A DNA stretch of 64,000 nucleotides from an uncultured Actinomycetota bacterium. GTDB lineage: Bacteria > Actinomycetota > Actinomycetes > Propionibacteriales > Nocardioidaceae. Below the pieces are notes generated by a model. The model was not told the DNA's origin and did no database searches. It worked only from the letters and a program-made list of their open reading frames with translations. Positions 31,728 through 41,165 of the stretch are shown piece after piece (position 1 is the first letter of the stretch; each line of letters starts with the position of its first letter). The stretch is taken from positions 6,962 through 70,961 of the forward strand of contig CAVRSW010000025.1 of assembly GCA_963723945.1 (NCBI GenBank), read 5' to 3'. The position numbers and the translations under genes are program-made.

Positions 31728-33059
31728 ATGAGCGACAAGTACCAAGTCTTCGTCCGCACCCCGATCGGCAAGCTGCTGGTCAAGAACCTCGGCCTGCCCG
31801 ACCCGACGCCGCTGCGGCGCTACGAGGCGGGCGCCCCGCTCGTCGCCGGCACCGTCGCGGTGGGCGGCACAGGCCGGCTCGCTGGGTCGCTGCCCGGGCT
31901 GCTCGACCTGCTCGGCATCGCGTCGACGACCGCACCGGACCACGCGCAGAGGTACGCCGGCCTGGTCTTCGACGCCACCGCCCTGACCGACGCCGGCGAG
32001 CTCGGCGCGCTCCGGGCCTGGTTCACCCCGCTGCTCCGCAGCCTCGAGACCTGCCCGCGGATCGTCGTGCTCGGCACCCCGCCGGAGCACGCCACGGGCT
32101 CCGAGCGGGTCGCCCAGCGGGCGCTCGAGGGCTTCACCCGCTCGCTCGGCAAGGAGGTCGGCCGCGGCGGCACGGTCCAGCTCGTCTACGTCGCCGAGAA
32201 GGCGGAGGCGGCGGTCGCCTCGACGCTGGCCTTCCTGCTGTCCCCGAAGTCGGCGTACGTCTCGGGCCAGGTCGTCCGGGTCGGCACCCACACCCGGGAC
32301 GCCGCCGAGGTCGAGGACTGGATGCGCCCGCTCGCCGGCAAGGTCGCGCTGGTGACGGGAGCGAGCCGCGGCATCGGCGAGCAGATCGCCCGCGTGCTCC
32401 ACCGCGACGGCGCGACTGTCGTCGGGCTCGACGTCCCGCAGGCCGCCAGCGAGCTGCAGTCGCTGATGGGCGAGCTGGGCGGCGACCACCTCACCCTCGA
32501 CATCACCGCCAAGGACGCCCCGCAGCGGATCGCCCACCACCTCAAGGAGAAGCACGGTGGCGTGGACGTGGTCGTCCACAACGCCGGCATCACCAAGGAC
32601 AAGAAGCTCGCCAACATGGATGAGGTCCGCTGGGACGCGGTGCTCGGCGTCAACCTGGTCGCGCCGGAGCGGATCACCCGCGAGCTGCTCGACCAGGGCG
32701 TCGTCAACGACAACGGCTCGATCGTCGGCGTCGCCTCCATCGCCGGGATCGCGGGCAACGTCGGGCAGACCAACTACGCCGCGTCCAAGGCCGGCGTCAT
32801 CGGGCTCGTGGAGTCGCTGCGCGACGAGCTCAAGAACGGGATCACGATCAACGCGGTCGCGCCCGGCTTCATCATCACCCAGATGACCGCGCAGGTGCCG
32901 TTCGCGACCCGCGAGGTCGGCCAGCGGCTCAACGCGATGGCCCAGGGCGGGCTGCCCGTCGACGTCGCCGAGACCATCGCCTGGTACGCCAGTCCCGGCT
33001 CGACCGCCGTCAACGGCAACGTGGTCCGCGTCTGCGGCCAGATGATGCTGGGGGCCTGA
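31728..33059 (+). CDS. fabG4: High-molecular-weight 3-oxoacyl reductase (FabG4-like)
   Basis: N-terminal extra domain plus SDR motifs TGASRGIG, HNAGIT and YAASK; C-terminus RVCGQMMLGA. Confidence 0.88.
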   Translation: MSDKYQVFVRTPIGKLLVKNLGLPDPTPLRRYEAGAPLVAGTVAVGGTGRLAGSLPGLLDLLGIASTTAPDHAQRYAGLVFDATALTDAGELGALRAWFTPLLRSLETCPRIVVLGTPPEHATGSERVAQRALEGFTRSLGKEVGRGGTVQLVYVAEKAEAAVASTLAFLLSPKSAYVSGQVVRVGTHTRDAAEVEDWMRPLAGKVALVTGASRGIGEQIARVLHRDGATVVGLDVPQAASELQSLMGELGGDHLTLDITAKDAPQRIAHHLKEKHGGVDVVVHNAGITKDKKLANMDEVRWDAVLGVNLVAPERITRELLDQGVVNDNGSIVGVASIAGIAGNVGQTNYAASKAGVIGLVESLRDELKNGITINAVAPGFIITQMTAQVPFATREVGQRLNAMAQGGLPVDVAETIAWYASPGSTAVNGNVVRVCGQMMLGA

Positions 33060-33062
33060 GCC

Positions 33063-33914
33063 GTGCCCGGACTCCCCCTGGTGCTCAGGGCCGCCCTCCC
33101 CTCCATCCCGGGCGTCAACCAGCTGCCGGGCGTCCGCAAGGACCCGGACGCCGACCCGACCTCACTCTCCCTGCGGCGCGCGGGGGTACGCATCGACCGA
33201 GAGCAGGCGGCGGCGTACGCCCGGGTGTGCGGGTTCCCGGAGAAGGACAGCGTCCCGCTCCCCTACCCGCACCTGCTGGCGTTCCCGCTCCACATGGAGG
33301 CGATGACCAGCCCGCGGTTCCCCTACCCGGCCGTCGGGACGGTGCACCTCGAGAACTCGATCACCGGCCACCGGCCGCTCCACCCGGGCGAGGTCGTCGA
33401 CGTCGCGGTGCGCGTCTCGTCGCCGCGTGCGCACGCCAAGGGCAAGGTCATCGACTTCGTCGCCGAGGTGCGGGCCGGCGACGAGGTGGTGTGGGAGTCG
33501 ACCTCGACGTACCTCCGGCGGGGCCGTGGCGACGAGTCCGCCCCGGCCGGCCTGACGCTCCACGACACCCCCGAGGGCACCATCGAGTGGCGGCTGCCCG
33601 GCGACCTCGGCCGGCGGTACGGCGCGGTGTCGGGTGACCGCAACCCGATCCACCTCTACCCGGTGACCGCGAAGGCGCTGGGCTTCCCGCGCCAGATCGC
33701 GCACGGTATGTGGAGCCTCGCCCGCTGCGTCGCGGCCCTCGAGAACCGGCTGCCCGAGGCGGTCACGGTCGACGTCGCCTTCAAGAAGCCGATCCTGCTG
33801 CCCGGCACCGTGGCGTTCGGCCACGAGGAGGCCGACGGCCGGCAGACCTTCGCGCTGACCCGGCCCAGGGACGGCGCCCCCCACCTGGTGGGGCGCGCGG
33901 TGCCGGTGGGGTGA
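33063..33914 (+). CDS. htdX: Double hot-dog MaoC-type 3-hydroxyacyl-thioester dehydratase (HtdX-like)
   Basis: YGAVSGDRNPIHL and IAHGMW hydratase-2 motifs; synteny with fabG4/fadA2. Confidence 0.82.
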   Translation: MPGLPLVLRAALPSIPGVNQLPGVRKDPDADPTSLSLRRAGVRIDREQAAAYARVCGFPEKDSVPLPYPHLLAFPLHMEAMTSPRFPYPAVGTVHLENSITGHRPLHPGEVVDVAVRVSSPRAHAKGKVIDFVAEVRAGDEVVWESTSTYLRRGRGDESAPAGLTLHDTPEGTIEWRLPGDLGRRYGAVSGDRNPIHLYPVTAKALGFPRQIAHGMWSLARCVAALENRLPEAVTVDVAFKKPILLPGTVAFGHEEADGRQTFALTRPRDGAPHLVGRAVPVG

Positions 33915-33930
33915 GGCTGCGGGGGGCGTG

Positions 33931-33958
33931 CGGTTTCCCCGCCTAAGCGGGGAAACCG
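33931..33958. terminator. Perfect 12-bp hairpin between convergent genes
   Basis: cggtttccccgc-ctaa-gcggggaaaccg. Confidence 0.6.
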
Positions 33959-34015
33959 AGACCTGCTGGCGCAAGCAACACCCAGGAAGTCGACGACTCG
34001 CCCAGCAAGTCCGGC

Positions 34016-35008
34016 TCAGGAGTGGCCGGCGGCGGCCCAGAGGCGGGCCTCGCCGGCCTCGTCCATGCCGGTGGGCGGGCGGTCCTCGCGGCTGACCCGG
34101 ATCCCCTCGCGCTGCAGCCACGTCCAGGTGTCGGCCACCGTCAGCGCGATCGGCCGGCACCGCAGGCCGGCGGCGTGGGCGGCCGAGGTGTCGCAGTCGT
34201 GGAGCGCGGCGAGCTCCCCGGTCGGCGGCGTCCAGATCGGCAGCTCGGTCCACGGCGAGACCCCCGAGGCCTCGACGACGTCCGGGGTCAGCCACACCAG
34301 CTCGGCGTCGGAGCCGGTGACGCGGACGCACTCCCCGAGCAGCTCGCCGATGGTGGTGTGACCGGGGCGGCTGACCGCGTTGTACGTCCCGACCGGCCGG
34401 TGGTCCAGCACCCAGTCAGCGAGGTCGCGGGCGTCGACGAGCTGCAGCGGCCGGTCGGGCGGCCCGGGCACGGGCACCCGCCCGCCGCGCTCGATCCGGT
34501 GCAGCCAGAACGGCAGCCGCCCGACGATCTCGTACGGGCCCAGGATCAGGCCGGCGCGCAGCAGCGCGACCGGTCCGTCGAACTCCGCCGTCGCCGCCAG
34601 CTCGCCACCCCGCTTGGCGGCCGCGTAGTCGACGGCGTCGCCCGAGTCCGGGTCGCCGTCGACCACCAGCGCCGACTCGTCCGCCCCGGCCGGGGGCGGC
34701 CACGCGTAGACCGACCGGGACGACACGTACGTGTAGTGGCCGGCCCGTCCCGACAGCAACCGGGCGGTCCCGCGGACGGCCGACGGCGCCCACGACCAGG
34801 TGTCGACCACGGCGTCGAAGGTGTCGTCACCCAGGGCCCGCGCGACCCCCTCGTCGTCGAGCCGGTCGGCGTGACGGACGTCGACACCGGGCGTCTCGAC
34901 GCCGCTGGTGCCGCGGTTGAGCGTCACGACGTCGTGGCCGCGGGCGAGCGCCGCCTCGACGAAGCAGCGGCCGACGTGGTGGGTGCCACCGAGCACGAGG
35001 GTCCTCAT
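34016..35008 (-). CDS. NAD-dependent epimerase/dehydratase family protein
   Basis: LGGTHHVG, YVSSRSVY, YAAAK and QLVDARDLA motifs. Confidence 0.85.
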   Translation of the reverse strand: MRTLVLGGTHHVGRCFVEAALARGHDVVTLNRGTSGVETPGVDVRHADRLDDEGVARALGDDTFDAVVDTWSWAPSAVRGTARLLSGRAGHYTYVSSRSVYAWPPPAGADESALVVDGDPDSGDAVDYAAAKRGGELAATAEFDGPVALLRAGLILGPYEIVGRLPFWLHRIERGGRVPVPGPPDRPLQLVDARDLADWVLDHRPVGTYNAVSRPGHTTIGELLGECVRVTGSDAELVWLTPDVVEASGVSPWTELPIWTPPTGELAALHDCDTSAAHAAGLRCRPIALTVADTWTWLQREGIRVSREDRPPTGMDEAGEARLWAAAGHS

Positions 35009-35074
35009 GCCCGAGATGCTGTCGCGCCCGGCGCGCTGCCGGAAGGGTCGTTCACCCAGAGCGGAACCGGACGG

Positions 35075-36409
35075 TCAGCGGGAGCGGCCGAAGGTGTGGG
35101 TGGTGGTGCCGAGCCGTGCGGAGGTCGGTGCCGTGGCCCGACGCTGGCTGAACACGGCGGTCGCCGGGTTCCAGGTGCCGAGGTCGGTACGCCCGTTGGC
35201 GTCCCAGTCGCCGGTCACCGGCAGGTCACCGCGGGTGCCGAACGGAACCTCAGCGGTCCAGGTCAGGCCGTCCCGGTCCACCAGCCGGAGCGTGAACACC
35301 GCCGCCGCCTGGTCGTAGACACCCAGGTCAGTGACGCCGTCGCCGTCCCAGTCCCCGGTGACCGGCACGTCGGTGACGTCGCCGAGGTCGACCGGGCTCG
35401 TGGTCCCGTCGCCGGCCCGGAGGACGAACCGGCCGGACCTGGCACGGCGTACGCCCACCTCCCAGCTGCCGTCGCCGTCCCAGTCGCCGGCGAGCGGCAG
35501 GTCGCGCGGCTTGCCGAGGACGATGCTGGTGACCCCCGCCGCGGTCCGCAGCGAGAAGGTCCGGGTGCCCGGCGTCCGGACACCCACGTCGCTGTAGCCG
35601 TCGCCGTCCCAGTCACCCACCACCGGCTGGTCGGTCGACGAGCCGAAGCTGACGACCTTGGGGCCCCGGTCGGGCCGCTGGATCCGGAACTGCGAGGGAG
35701 CGCCGCGCCGGAACACCGCCACCTCGGCCTTGCCGTCGCGCAGGAAGTTGCCCGCGAGCGGCACGTCGACACAGTTGCGCGACGCCGGGGTGGTGCCGAA
35801 GCTGAACGCGCTCCCGTCGAACCACGGCCAGCGGACGCTCCCGCTGGAGGTGCGCTCCTCGAAGTGCAGGTGGGCACCGAACGAGTTGCCGGTGTTGCCG
35901 ACGGTCCCGACCTGGGTGCCCTGGTCGACCGTCTGCCCGACGGCCACGGTCACGGCGTTCATGTGGGCGTAGATCGTGGTCTCGCCGCTGGGGTGCTCGA
36001 TCATCACCCAGTGGCCGTACGACGTGGTCCAGCGCTCGGCGCGCGTGACGACACCGGGGGCGCTGGCGACCACCGGGTCGTCCTCGTCGTCGGTCCGGTT
36101 CCAGTCGACCGAGTAGCGGCTGGGGCTGTGGCTGTCGCGGGTGCTGCCGTTCCAGCTCTGGCCGCACGGGAACGGCATCTGGAACCGGGTCTGCGGCGCC
36201 GTCGAGGCGCGCGCCACCGCCCGCTCACCGGCCAGCGGCTCCGCCGCCCGGTCCGGGGCCAGACCGGGTCGGCTCCCCAGCGGCGTCGGGTCGGTCGCGG
36301 TGGCCGCGGCGGACGGGAGGGCGGCCAGGGCGCCGCACGACAGCACCATCAGCGTCGCCACGGCAGCGCGGACAGGGTGGCGGACGGGCCGGCACACACC
36401 AGGGGTCAC
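35075..36409 (-). CDS. Secreted M23 peptidase with C-terminal VCBS/FG-GAP-like repeats
   Basis: Signal peptide, HSPSRYSVD, IYAHM and AHLHFE motifs; GDWDGDG x3 plus GDWDANG. Confidence 0.85.
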   Translation of the reverse strand: MTPGVCRPVRHPVRAAVATLMVLSCGALAALPSAAATATDPTPLGSRPGLAPDRAAEPLAGERAVARASTAPQTRFQMPFPCGQSWNGSTRDSHSPSRYSVDWNRTDDEDDPVVASAPGVVTRAERWTTSYGHWVMIEHPSGETTIYAHMNAVTVAVGQTVDQGTQVGTVGNTGNSFGAHLHFEERTSSGSVRWPWFDGSAFSFGTTPASRNCVDVPLAGNFLRDGKAEVAVFRRGAPSQFRIQRPDRGPKVVSFGSSTDQPVVGDWDGDGYSDVGVRTPGTRTFSLRTAAGVTSIVLGKPRDLPLAGDWDGDGSWEVGVRRARSGRFVLRAGDGTTSPVDLGDVTDVPVTGDWDGDGVTDLGVYDQAAAVFTLRLVDRDGLTWTAEVPFGTRGDLPVTGDWDANGRTDLGTWNPATAVFSQRRATAPTSARLGTTTHTFGRSR

Positions 36410-36522
36410 AGCAACCTCATCAGGGCTCAGGAGTCACAGGGTGCGATCACCGTAGGTGCACCAGGAGGAGGCTGTCCTGAAACCACATACCTGTGATTCG
36501 AAACTGGCCCCGGAGCGGCCGG

Positions 36523-37386
36523 TCAGGACCGGTCGATCCGCCGGATCAGCCCCTCCTGCGCGACGGTCGAGACGAGGGTCCCGTCCTGGGTGAACACGCG
36601 CGCCAGCGCCAGCCCGCGGGCACCTTGCGCCGAGGGCGAGTGCTGGTCGTAGAGCCACCACTCGTCGGCCCGGAACGGCCGGTGGAACCACATCGCGTGG
36701 TCGAGGGAGGCCGGCTGCAGCCCGGGACTGCCGATGGTCACGCCGTGCGGCACCAGGGTGGCGCCGAGCAGCGTGAGGTCGCTGGCGTACGTGAACGCCG
36801 CGAGGTGCTCGATCGGGTCGTCGGAGAGCTGGCCGTTGACCCGGATCCAGAGCCGGGCCCGGGCCGGCTCGGCGGGGTCGTCGGGCAGCCCCTTGCCGGA
36901 GATGCCGACGTAGCGGACGTCGAGCGCCGCCCACTCCCGGGCGAACCGGTCGCCCTCCGCGCGGCCCTGGGCGCGCACCAGGTCGGCGAGCGCCACGCCC
37001 TCCTCGGGTCCGGGCGTCTCGGGCATCGCGTCCTGGTGGTCGAAGCCGTCCTCCTCGACCTGGAAGCTCGCGGTCAGGAAGAAGATCGCCCGGCCGTGCT
37101 GGCGGGCGACGACTCGGCGGGTGGCGAAGGAGCGCCCGTCGCGCAGCTGCTCGACGTCGTAGACGATCGGGACGGCGGTGTCGCCCGGGCGCAGGAAGTA
37201 GGAGTGCAGCGAGTGCGTGCGGAACCGGGGGTCGACGGTCCGGCAGCCCGCGATCAGCGCCTGCGCGGCCACCTGCCCGCCGAAGACCCGCTGCAGGCTG
37301 GTGTCGGGCTGCTGGCCGCGGAACAGGTTGCGGTCGATGTCCTCCAGCGAGAGCAGCTCGACGAGCTCCTCGGCGGATGCGGGCAC
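36523..37386 (-). CDS. tesB: Acyl-CoA thioesterase II
   Basis: RVFGGQVAAQAL, SLHSYFLRPG, RDGRSF, ASLDHAMWFH and QEGL motifs. Confidence 0.9.
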   Translation of the reverse strand: MPASAEELVELLSLEDIDRNLFRGQQPDTSLQRVFGGQVAAQALIAGCRTVDPRFRTHSLHSYFLRPGDTAVPIVYDVEQLRDGRSFATRRVVARQHGRAIFFLTASFQVEEDGFDHQDAMPETPGPEEGVALADLVRAQGRAEGDRFAREWAALDVRYVGISGKGLPDDPAEPARARLWIRVNGQLSDDPIEHLAAFTYASDLTLLGATLVPHGVTIGSPGLQPASLDHAMWFHRPFRADEWWLYDQHSPSAQGARGLALARVFTQDGTLVSTVAQEGLIRRIDRS

Positions 37387-37387
37387 C

Positions 37388-38326
37388 TCAGCCCCTTCCG
37401 TCGTCGTCGGAATCGGGGTCGGGCCCGTCGAGCCCGGCGAGGAACTGCTCGACCTGGGCGCCGATCTCGTCGCCCGTCGGGAGCGGCTGGTCGGTCGCGA
37501 GCAGCCCCTGACCGCTGTCCTGTCCCCGCTCGAAGGTGTCGTACTGCTGCTCCAGCGCGGCCACCACCTCGGCGACGTCCTCGTTCGTGGAGAGGTAGCG
37601 CGTGACCTCCGCCTCGCGGTCCTCGGCCTCGGCCCGCAGTCCGGAGAGGTCGACGGTGAGCCACGCGGCCCGCTCGACGTGCTCGAGCAGCGAGATCGAC
37701 GCGGCCGGGTAGTCGAGCTGGGCGAGGTAGTGCGGGATGTGCGCGACGTAGCCCATCGCGTCGTGGCCCCACTCCCCCAGCCGCACCTCGAGCACGGCCT
37801 GGGCGCTGGACGGGATCCGCAGCTCGCCACGCCACCGGCTCTCCCCGGTCAGCAGGTCGGGGTCGTTGGCGTGCTGGGTGATCGCGATCGGCCGGGTGTG
37901 CGGCACCGCCATCGGCACCGAGCCCAGCGACACGACGCGGTGGACGCCGAACCGCTCCACCACCGTCCGCACGCCGCGGCAGAACGCCTCCCAGCGGATG
38001 TCGGGCTCCGGGCCGTGCAGCAGCAGGTACGGCGTGCCGCCGGTGTCGTGGCAGAGCCGGACCACCAGCCGCGGCGGCTCGTAGCTCGCGTAGTGGTCGC
38101 GCACGAACGACATCGGGGGCCGCCGCGCGCGGTAGTCGTGGAGCTGGTCCACGTCGAAGGTGGCGACGACCCGGGTGTCGGCGAGGTCGACGAGGTGCTG
38201 GGCGGCGCGGGCCGCCGCGTTGCCGGCGTCGAGGAAGCCGTCGAGCACGAGGACCATCGGCAACCGCTCGAGACCCTCGAGCTCGGGCACGTCGTCGACG
38301 ATGTGGACCAGGGTCGGCTCGGTCAC
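37388..38326 (-). CDS. PAC2 family (proteasome assembly chaperone-like) protein
   Basis: GFLDAG, DYRARRP, GPEPD..WE, PMAVPHTRP and PHYL motifs. Confidence 0.88.
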   Translation of the reverse strand: MTEPTLVHIVDDVPELEGLERLPMVLVLDGFLDAGNAAARAAQHLVDLADTRVVATFDVDQLHDYRARRPPMSFVRDHYASYEPPRLVVRLCHDTGGTPYLLLHGPEPDIRWEAFCRGVRTVVERFGVHRVVSLGSVPMAVPHTRPIAITQHANDPDLLTGESRWRGELRIPSSAQAVLEVRLGEWGHDAMGYVAHIPHYLAQLDYPAASISLLEHVERAAWLTVDLSGLRAEAEDREAEVTRYLSTNEDVAEVVAALEQQYDTFERGQDSGQGLLATDQPLPTGDEIGAQVEQFLAGLDGPDPDSDDDGRG

Positions 38327-38505
38327 GACAGTTCCTCAAGCACGTCCGCGATCCTACGACCCGGCGGACCCGGACCGGGTGGCTGCACCCTTGCCGTGAC
38401 CCTGTCCCGACCTGCTCGAGAGGGGGGTCTATGCTCCCCCGACCGGGTTCACGGGGCCCGGCGGCGGCTCCGCTGCGGGGACGGAACCACCTGATCGCTG
38501 TCCAG

Positions 38506-38584
38506 ATATCACTCTCCCCACCCCCCCAGCACAACCTCCCAACACCCCCCAAATAATCCCCCCACCCCCCTCAGGAGCCCCCCC
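38506..38584 (+). repeat. C-rich, nearly G-free leader with multiple C6-C7 runs
   Basis: C4, C7, C3, C6, C6 and C6 runs with only one G in 38506-38572; C7 between SD aggag and ATG 38585. Confidence 0.7.
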
Positions 38585-39598
38585 ATGTCTCCATCGTTCT
38601 CCCGTCGCGCCCTCATCCGCAACGCCGTCGGCGTCGGCGCCGCCGCTGCCGTGACCCGCGGAGCGGTCCTTCCCGAGCCCGCCGCCGGTGCGGCCGCGCC
38701 GTACCTGCCGTACGGCGCCGGTTCGTACTTCCGGACCCCGGTGTCCGGGTTCGCAGTCGACGCCGCGCGCACGACCAGCTTCCGGTCCTTCATGAAGACC
38801 CACCCCGACCAGAAGCAGATCCCCTACCCCCGCTTCACCGGCCTCGACGGCAACCAGTGGGGCACCACCACCCACGTGTCGACGGCCTCCGACCCGGTGT
38901 GGAGGCTGAAGAACCCCCGCAGGGAGACCCAGGTGCTGGCCACCCAGGGGTTCCACATGGCCGACGCGGTCGCTCAGCGGGTGCCCACCGGTACCCAGGA
39001 CCGGCCATTCCTGATCGTCGACCCGGTCTTCGGCTACTCGCTGTTCTGCGCCGACGTGGTCCCCGACCGTGCGACCCGCACGATCACCGTGTCGGCCTCG
39101 GCGGTCTTCCACCACTCCTCGAACGGCCTGGACAAGCGCAACCCGCGCAGCAACGACGCGCGCAACTTCGCCTCGCGCGGCCGCATCCCCGACGCCATGG
39201 CGATCCGGCCCGACCTGCTGAAGGCGGGCATCGCCAACGGCACCGGGCTCGGCCACGTGCTGCACGCATTCTTCGTCGAGACGCTCACCTCGGCGGGGCA
39301 CGTGCATCCCATGGTCGGCTCCGAGGGCGACAAGGTCGGCTGGGGCGCCGAGGGCGACCGGATCGCCATCCGTTCGACCCTGGACCTGAAGGCCCGGGGT
39401 CTCACCGATGCCGCCCTGGTCATCGCACGGACCCTGCAGACCCACGGCGCCTACCTCGGCGACAACAGCGGCAGCAGCACCATGCTCAAGGGCGTCCAGA
39501 CGACGCCGACCTACAACCCCTACGCCGGGACCAACATGAAGGCCGACTGCCTCAAGGCGCTCACCTGGGACGACTTCGTCGTCCTCAAGCGCGCCTGA
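38585..39598 (+). CDS. Tat-exported protein of unknown function
   Basis: SRRALI twin-arginine signal with AxA site, SD aggag and strong C-ending codon usage. Confidence 0.8.
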   Translation: MSPSFSRRALIRNAVGVGAAAAVTRGAVLPEPAAGAAAPYLPYGAGSYFRTPVSGFAVDAARTTSFRSFMKTHPDQKQIPYPRFTGLDGNQWGTTTHVSTASDPVWRLKNPRRETQVLATQGFHMADAVAQRVPTGTQDRPFLIVDPVFGYSLFCADVVPDRATRTITVSASAVFHHSSNGLDKRNPRSNDARNFASRGRIPDAMAIRPDLLKAGIANGTGLGHVLHAFFVETLTSAGHVHPMVGSEGDKVGWGAEGDRIAIRSTLDLKARGLTDAALVIARTLQTHGAYLGDNSGSSTMLKGVQTTPTYNPYAGTNMKADCLKALTWDDFVVLKRA

Positions 39599-39610
39599 CC
39601 CAGCGGTTCG

Positions 39611-41113
39611 CTACCGCCTCTCGGGGGCTGGCCGCGGCGAGGTCTCGTCGCGCGCGAGCCGACTGTGGCGGGCGCCGTACCCGAAGTAGACCACCAGGCC
39701 GAGGCCCATCCACACCAGGAACCGGACCCAGGTGCCGCCGGTCAGGTTCAGCATCAGGTAGAGGCACAGCAGCACCGCGAGCGCCGCCACCACCGGCGCG
39801 GCCGGCACCCGGAAGGCCCGGGGCAGGTCGGGGCGGGTGCGGCGCAGGATCACGACGCCGACGCTGACCAGCATGAACGCGAACAGGGTGCCGATGTTGA
39901 CCAGCTCGGCGAGCGTCTCGAGCGGGACGAACCCCGCGATGGCGGCCACCCCGACGCCGGTGATCGCGGTGAAGACGTACGGCGTCCCGAACCGCGGGTG
40001 CACCTTGGCCAGTCCGCGGGGCAGCAGCCCGTCGCGGGCCATCGCGAAGCCGACCCGGGTCTGGCCGAGCATCAGGATCATCGCGACCACGACCAGGCCG
40101 ATGCAGGCGCCGACGGCGATCACGTCGCCCATCCAGTCGGCACCGTTGACGGCGAAGGCGGTCGAGAGCGGAGCGGCGTCCGCGGGGTCGATCGTCTGGT
40201 AGTCCTGCATGCCGGTCACCACCAGGCTGACCGCCATGTAGAGCAGGGTGACGATGGCCAGCGAGCCCAGGATCCCGCGCGGGACGTCGCGCTGCGGGTT
40301 CTTCGTCTCCTCGGCGGTGGTGGCGACGATGTCGAAGCCGATGAACGCGAAGAAGACCACCGCCGCGCCGGCCACGACGCCCGCGAGCCCGTAGATGCTG
40401 GGCTCGAGGCCGAACACGGAGCTGATCAGCGGGATGTCGAGGAAGCCGCCCGCGGCCTCGGGGGTCGGCTCGGCGGGCGGGATGAACGGCGAGTAGTTCT
40501 CGGCCTTGACGTACTGCAGGCCGGCGACGATGACGAAGAGGACGACGGCGAGCTTGATCGCGACGACGACCTGGTTGAGCCGGCTGGAGAACTTGATCCC
40601 GACGATCAGCACGGTCATCACCGCCAGCGCGACCAGCACGGCGGGCAGGTTGATCAACCCGTCCTCGGCGGAGGCGAAGGCCGTCGGGATCTCCAGCGGC
40701 GTCCCGACGAGCAGGGTCTGGAGATAGCTGGAGAAGCTGGTCGAGAGGGCCGCGGACCCGATGGTGAACTCCAGGACCAGGTCCCAGCCGATGATCCAGG
40801 CCACCAGCTCGCCGAACGTCGCGTAGCTGAACGTGTACGCGCTCCCGGCGACCGGGACCGTCGAGGCGAACTCGGCGTAGCACAGCGCCGCGAGCGCGCA
40901 CGCGACGCCGGCGATGGCGAAGGACAGCGCGATCGCCGGGCCCGAGTTGGACGCGGCGACGGTGCCAGTGAGGACGAAGATGCCGGCGCCGATGATCACG
41001 CCCACGCCGAAGACGATCAGGTCGAGCGTGCCGAGGGTCTTCTTGAGCCTGTGCTCCGCCTCCTCGGTCTCGGCGATCGACTGCTCGACGGACTTGGTGC
41101 GCCACACGTTCAT
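39611..41113 (-). CDS. APC-family amino acid permease
   Basis: GVIIGAGIF, CYAEFAS..PVAGSAY and FFAFIGFD motifs; TAGGTT -10 before ATG 41113. Confidence 0.93.
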   Translation of the reverse strand: MNVWRTKSVEQSIAETEEAEHRLKKTLGTLDLIVFGVGVIIGAGIFVLTGTVAASNSGPAIALSFAIAGVACALAALCYAEFASTVPVAGSAYTFSYATFGELVAWIIGWDLVLEFTIGSAALSTSFSSYLQTLLVGTPLEIPTAFASAEDGLINLPAVLVALAVMTVLIVGIKFSSRLNQVVVAIKLAVVLFVIVAGLQYVKAENYSPFIPPAEPTPEAAGGFLDIPLISSVFGLEPSIYGLAGVVAGAAVVFFAFIGFDIVATTAEETKNPQRDVPRGILGSLAIVTLLYMAVSLVVTGMQDYQTIDPADAAPLSTAFAVNGADWMGDVIAVGACIGLVVVAMILMLGQTRVGFAMARDGLLPRGLAKVHPRFGTPYVFTAITGVGVAAIAGFVPLETLAELVNIGTLFAFMLVSVGVVILRRTRPDLPRAFRVPAAPVVAALAVLLCLYLMLNLTGGTWVRFLVWMGLGLVVYFGYGARHSRLARDETSPRPAPERR

Positions 41114-41165
41114 GCGAGTCAACCTAGGACGTCCCGTCCGGGCTCCGCATCCCCGGTCCGGCCCG

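Noticed and set aside
36410-36522. c-di-AMP (ydaO) riboswitch upstream of the M23 peptidase
   Set aside because: The region is short and I could not find the conserved ydaO segments; an Infernal scan would be decisive.
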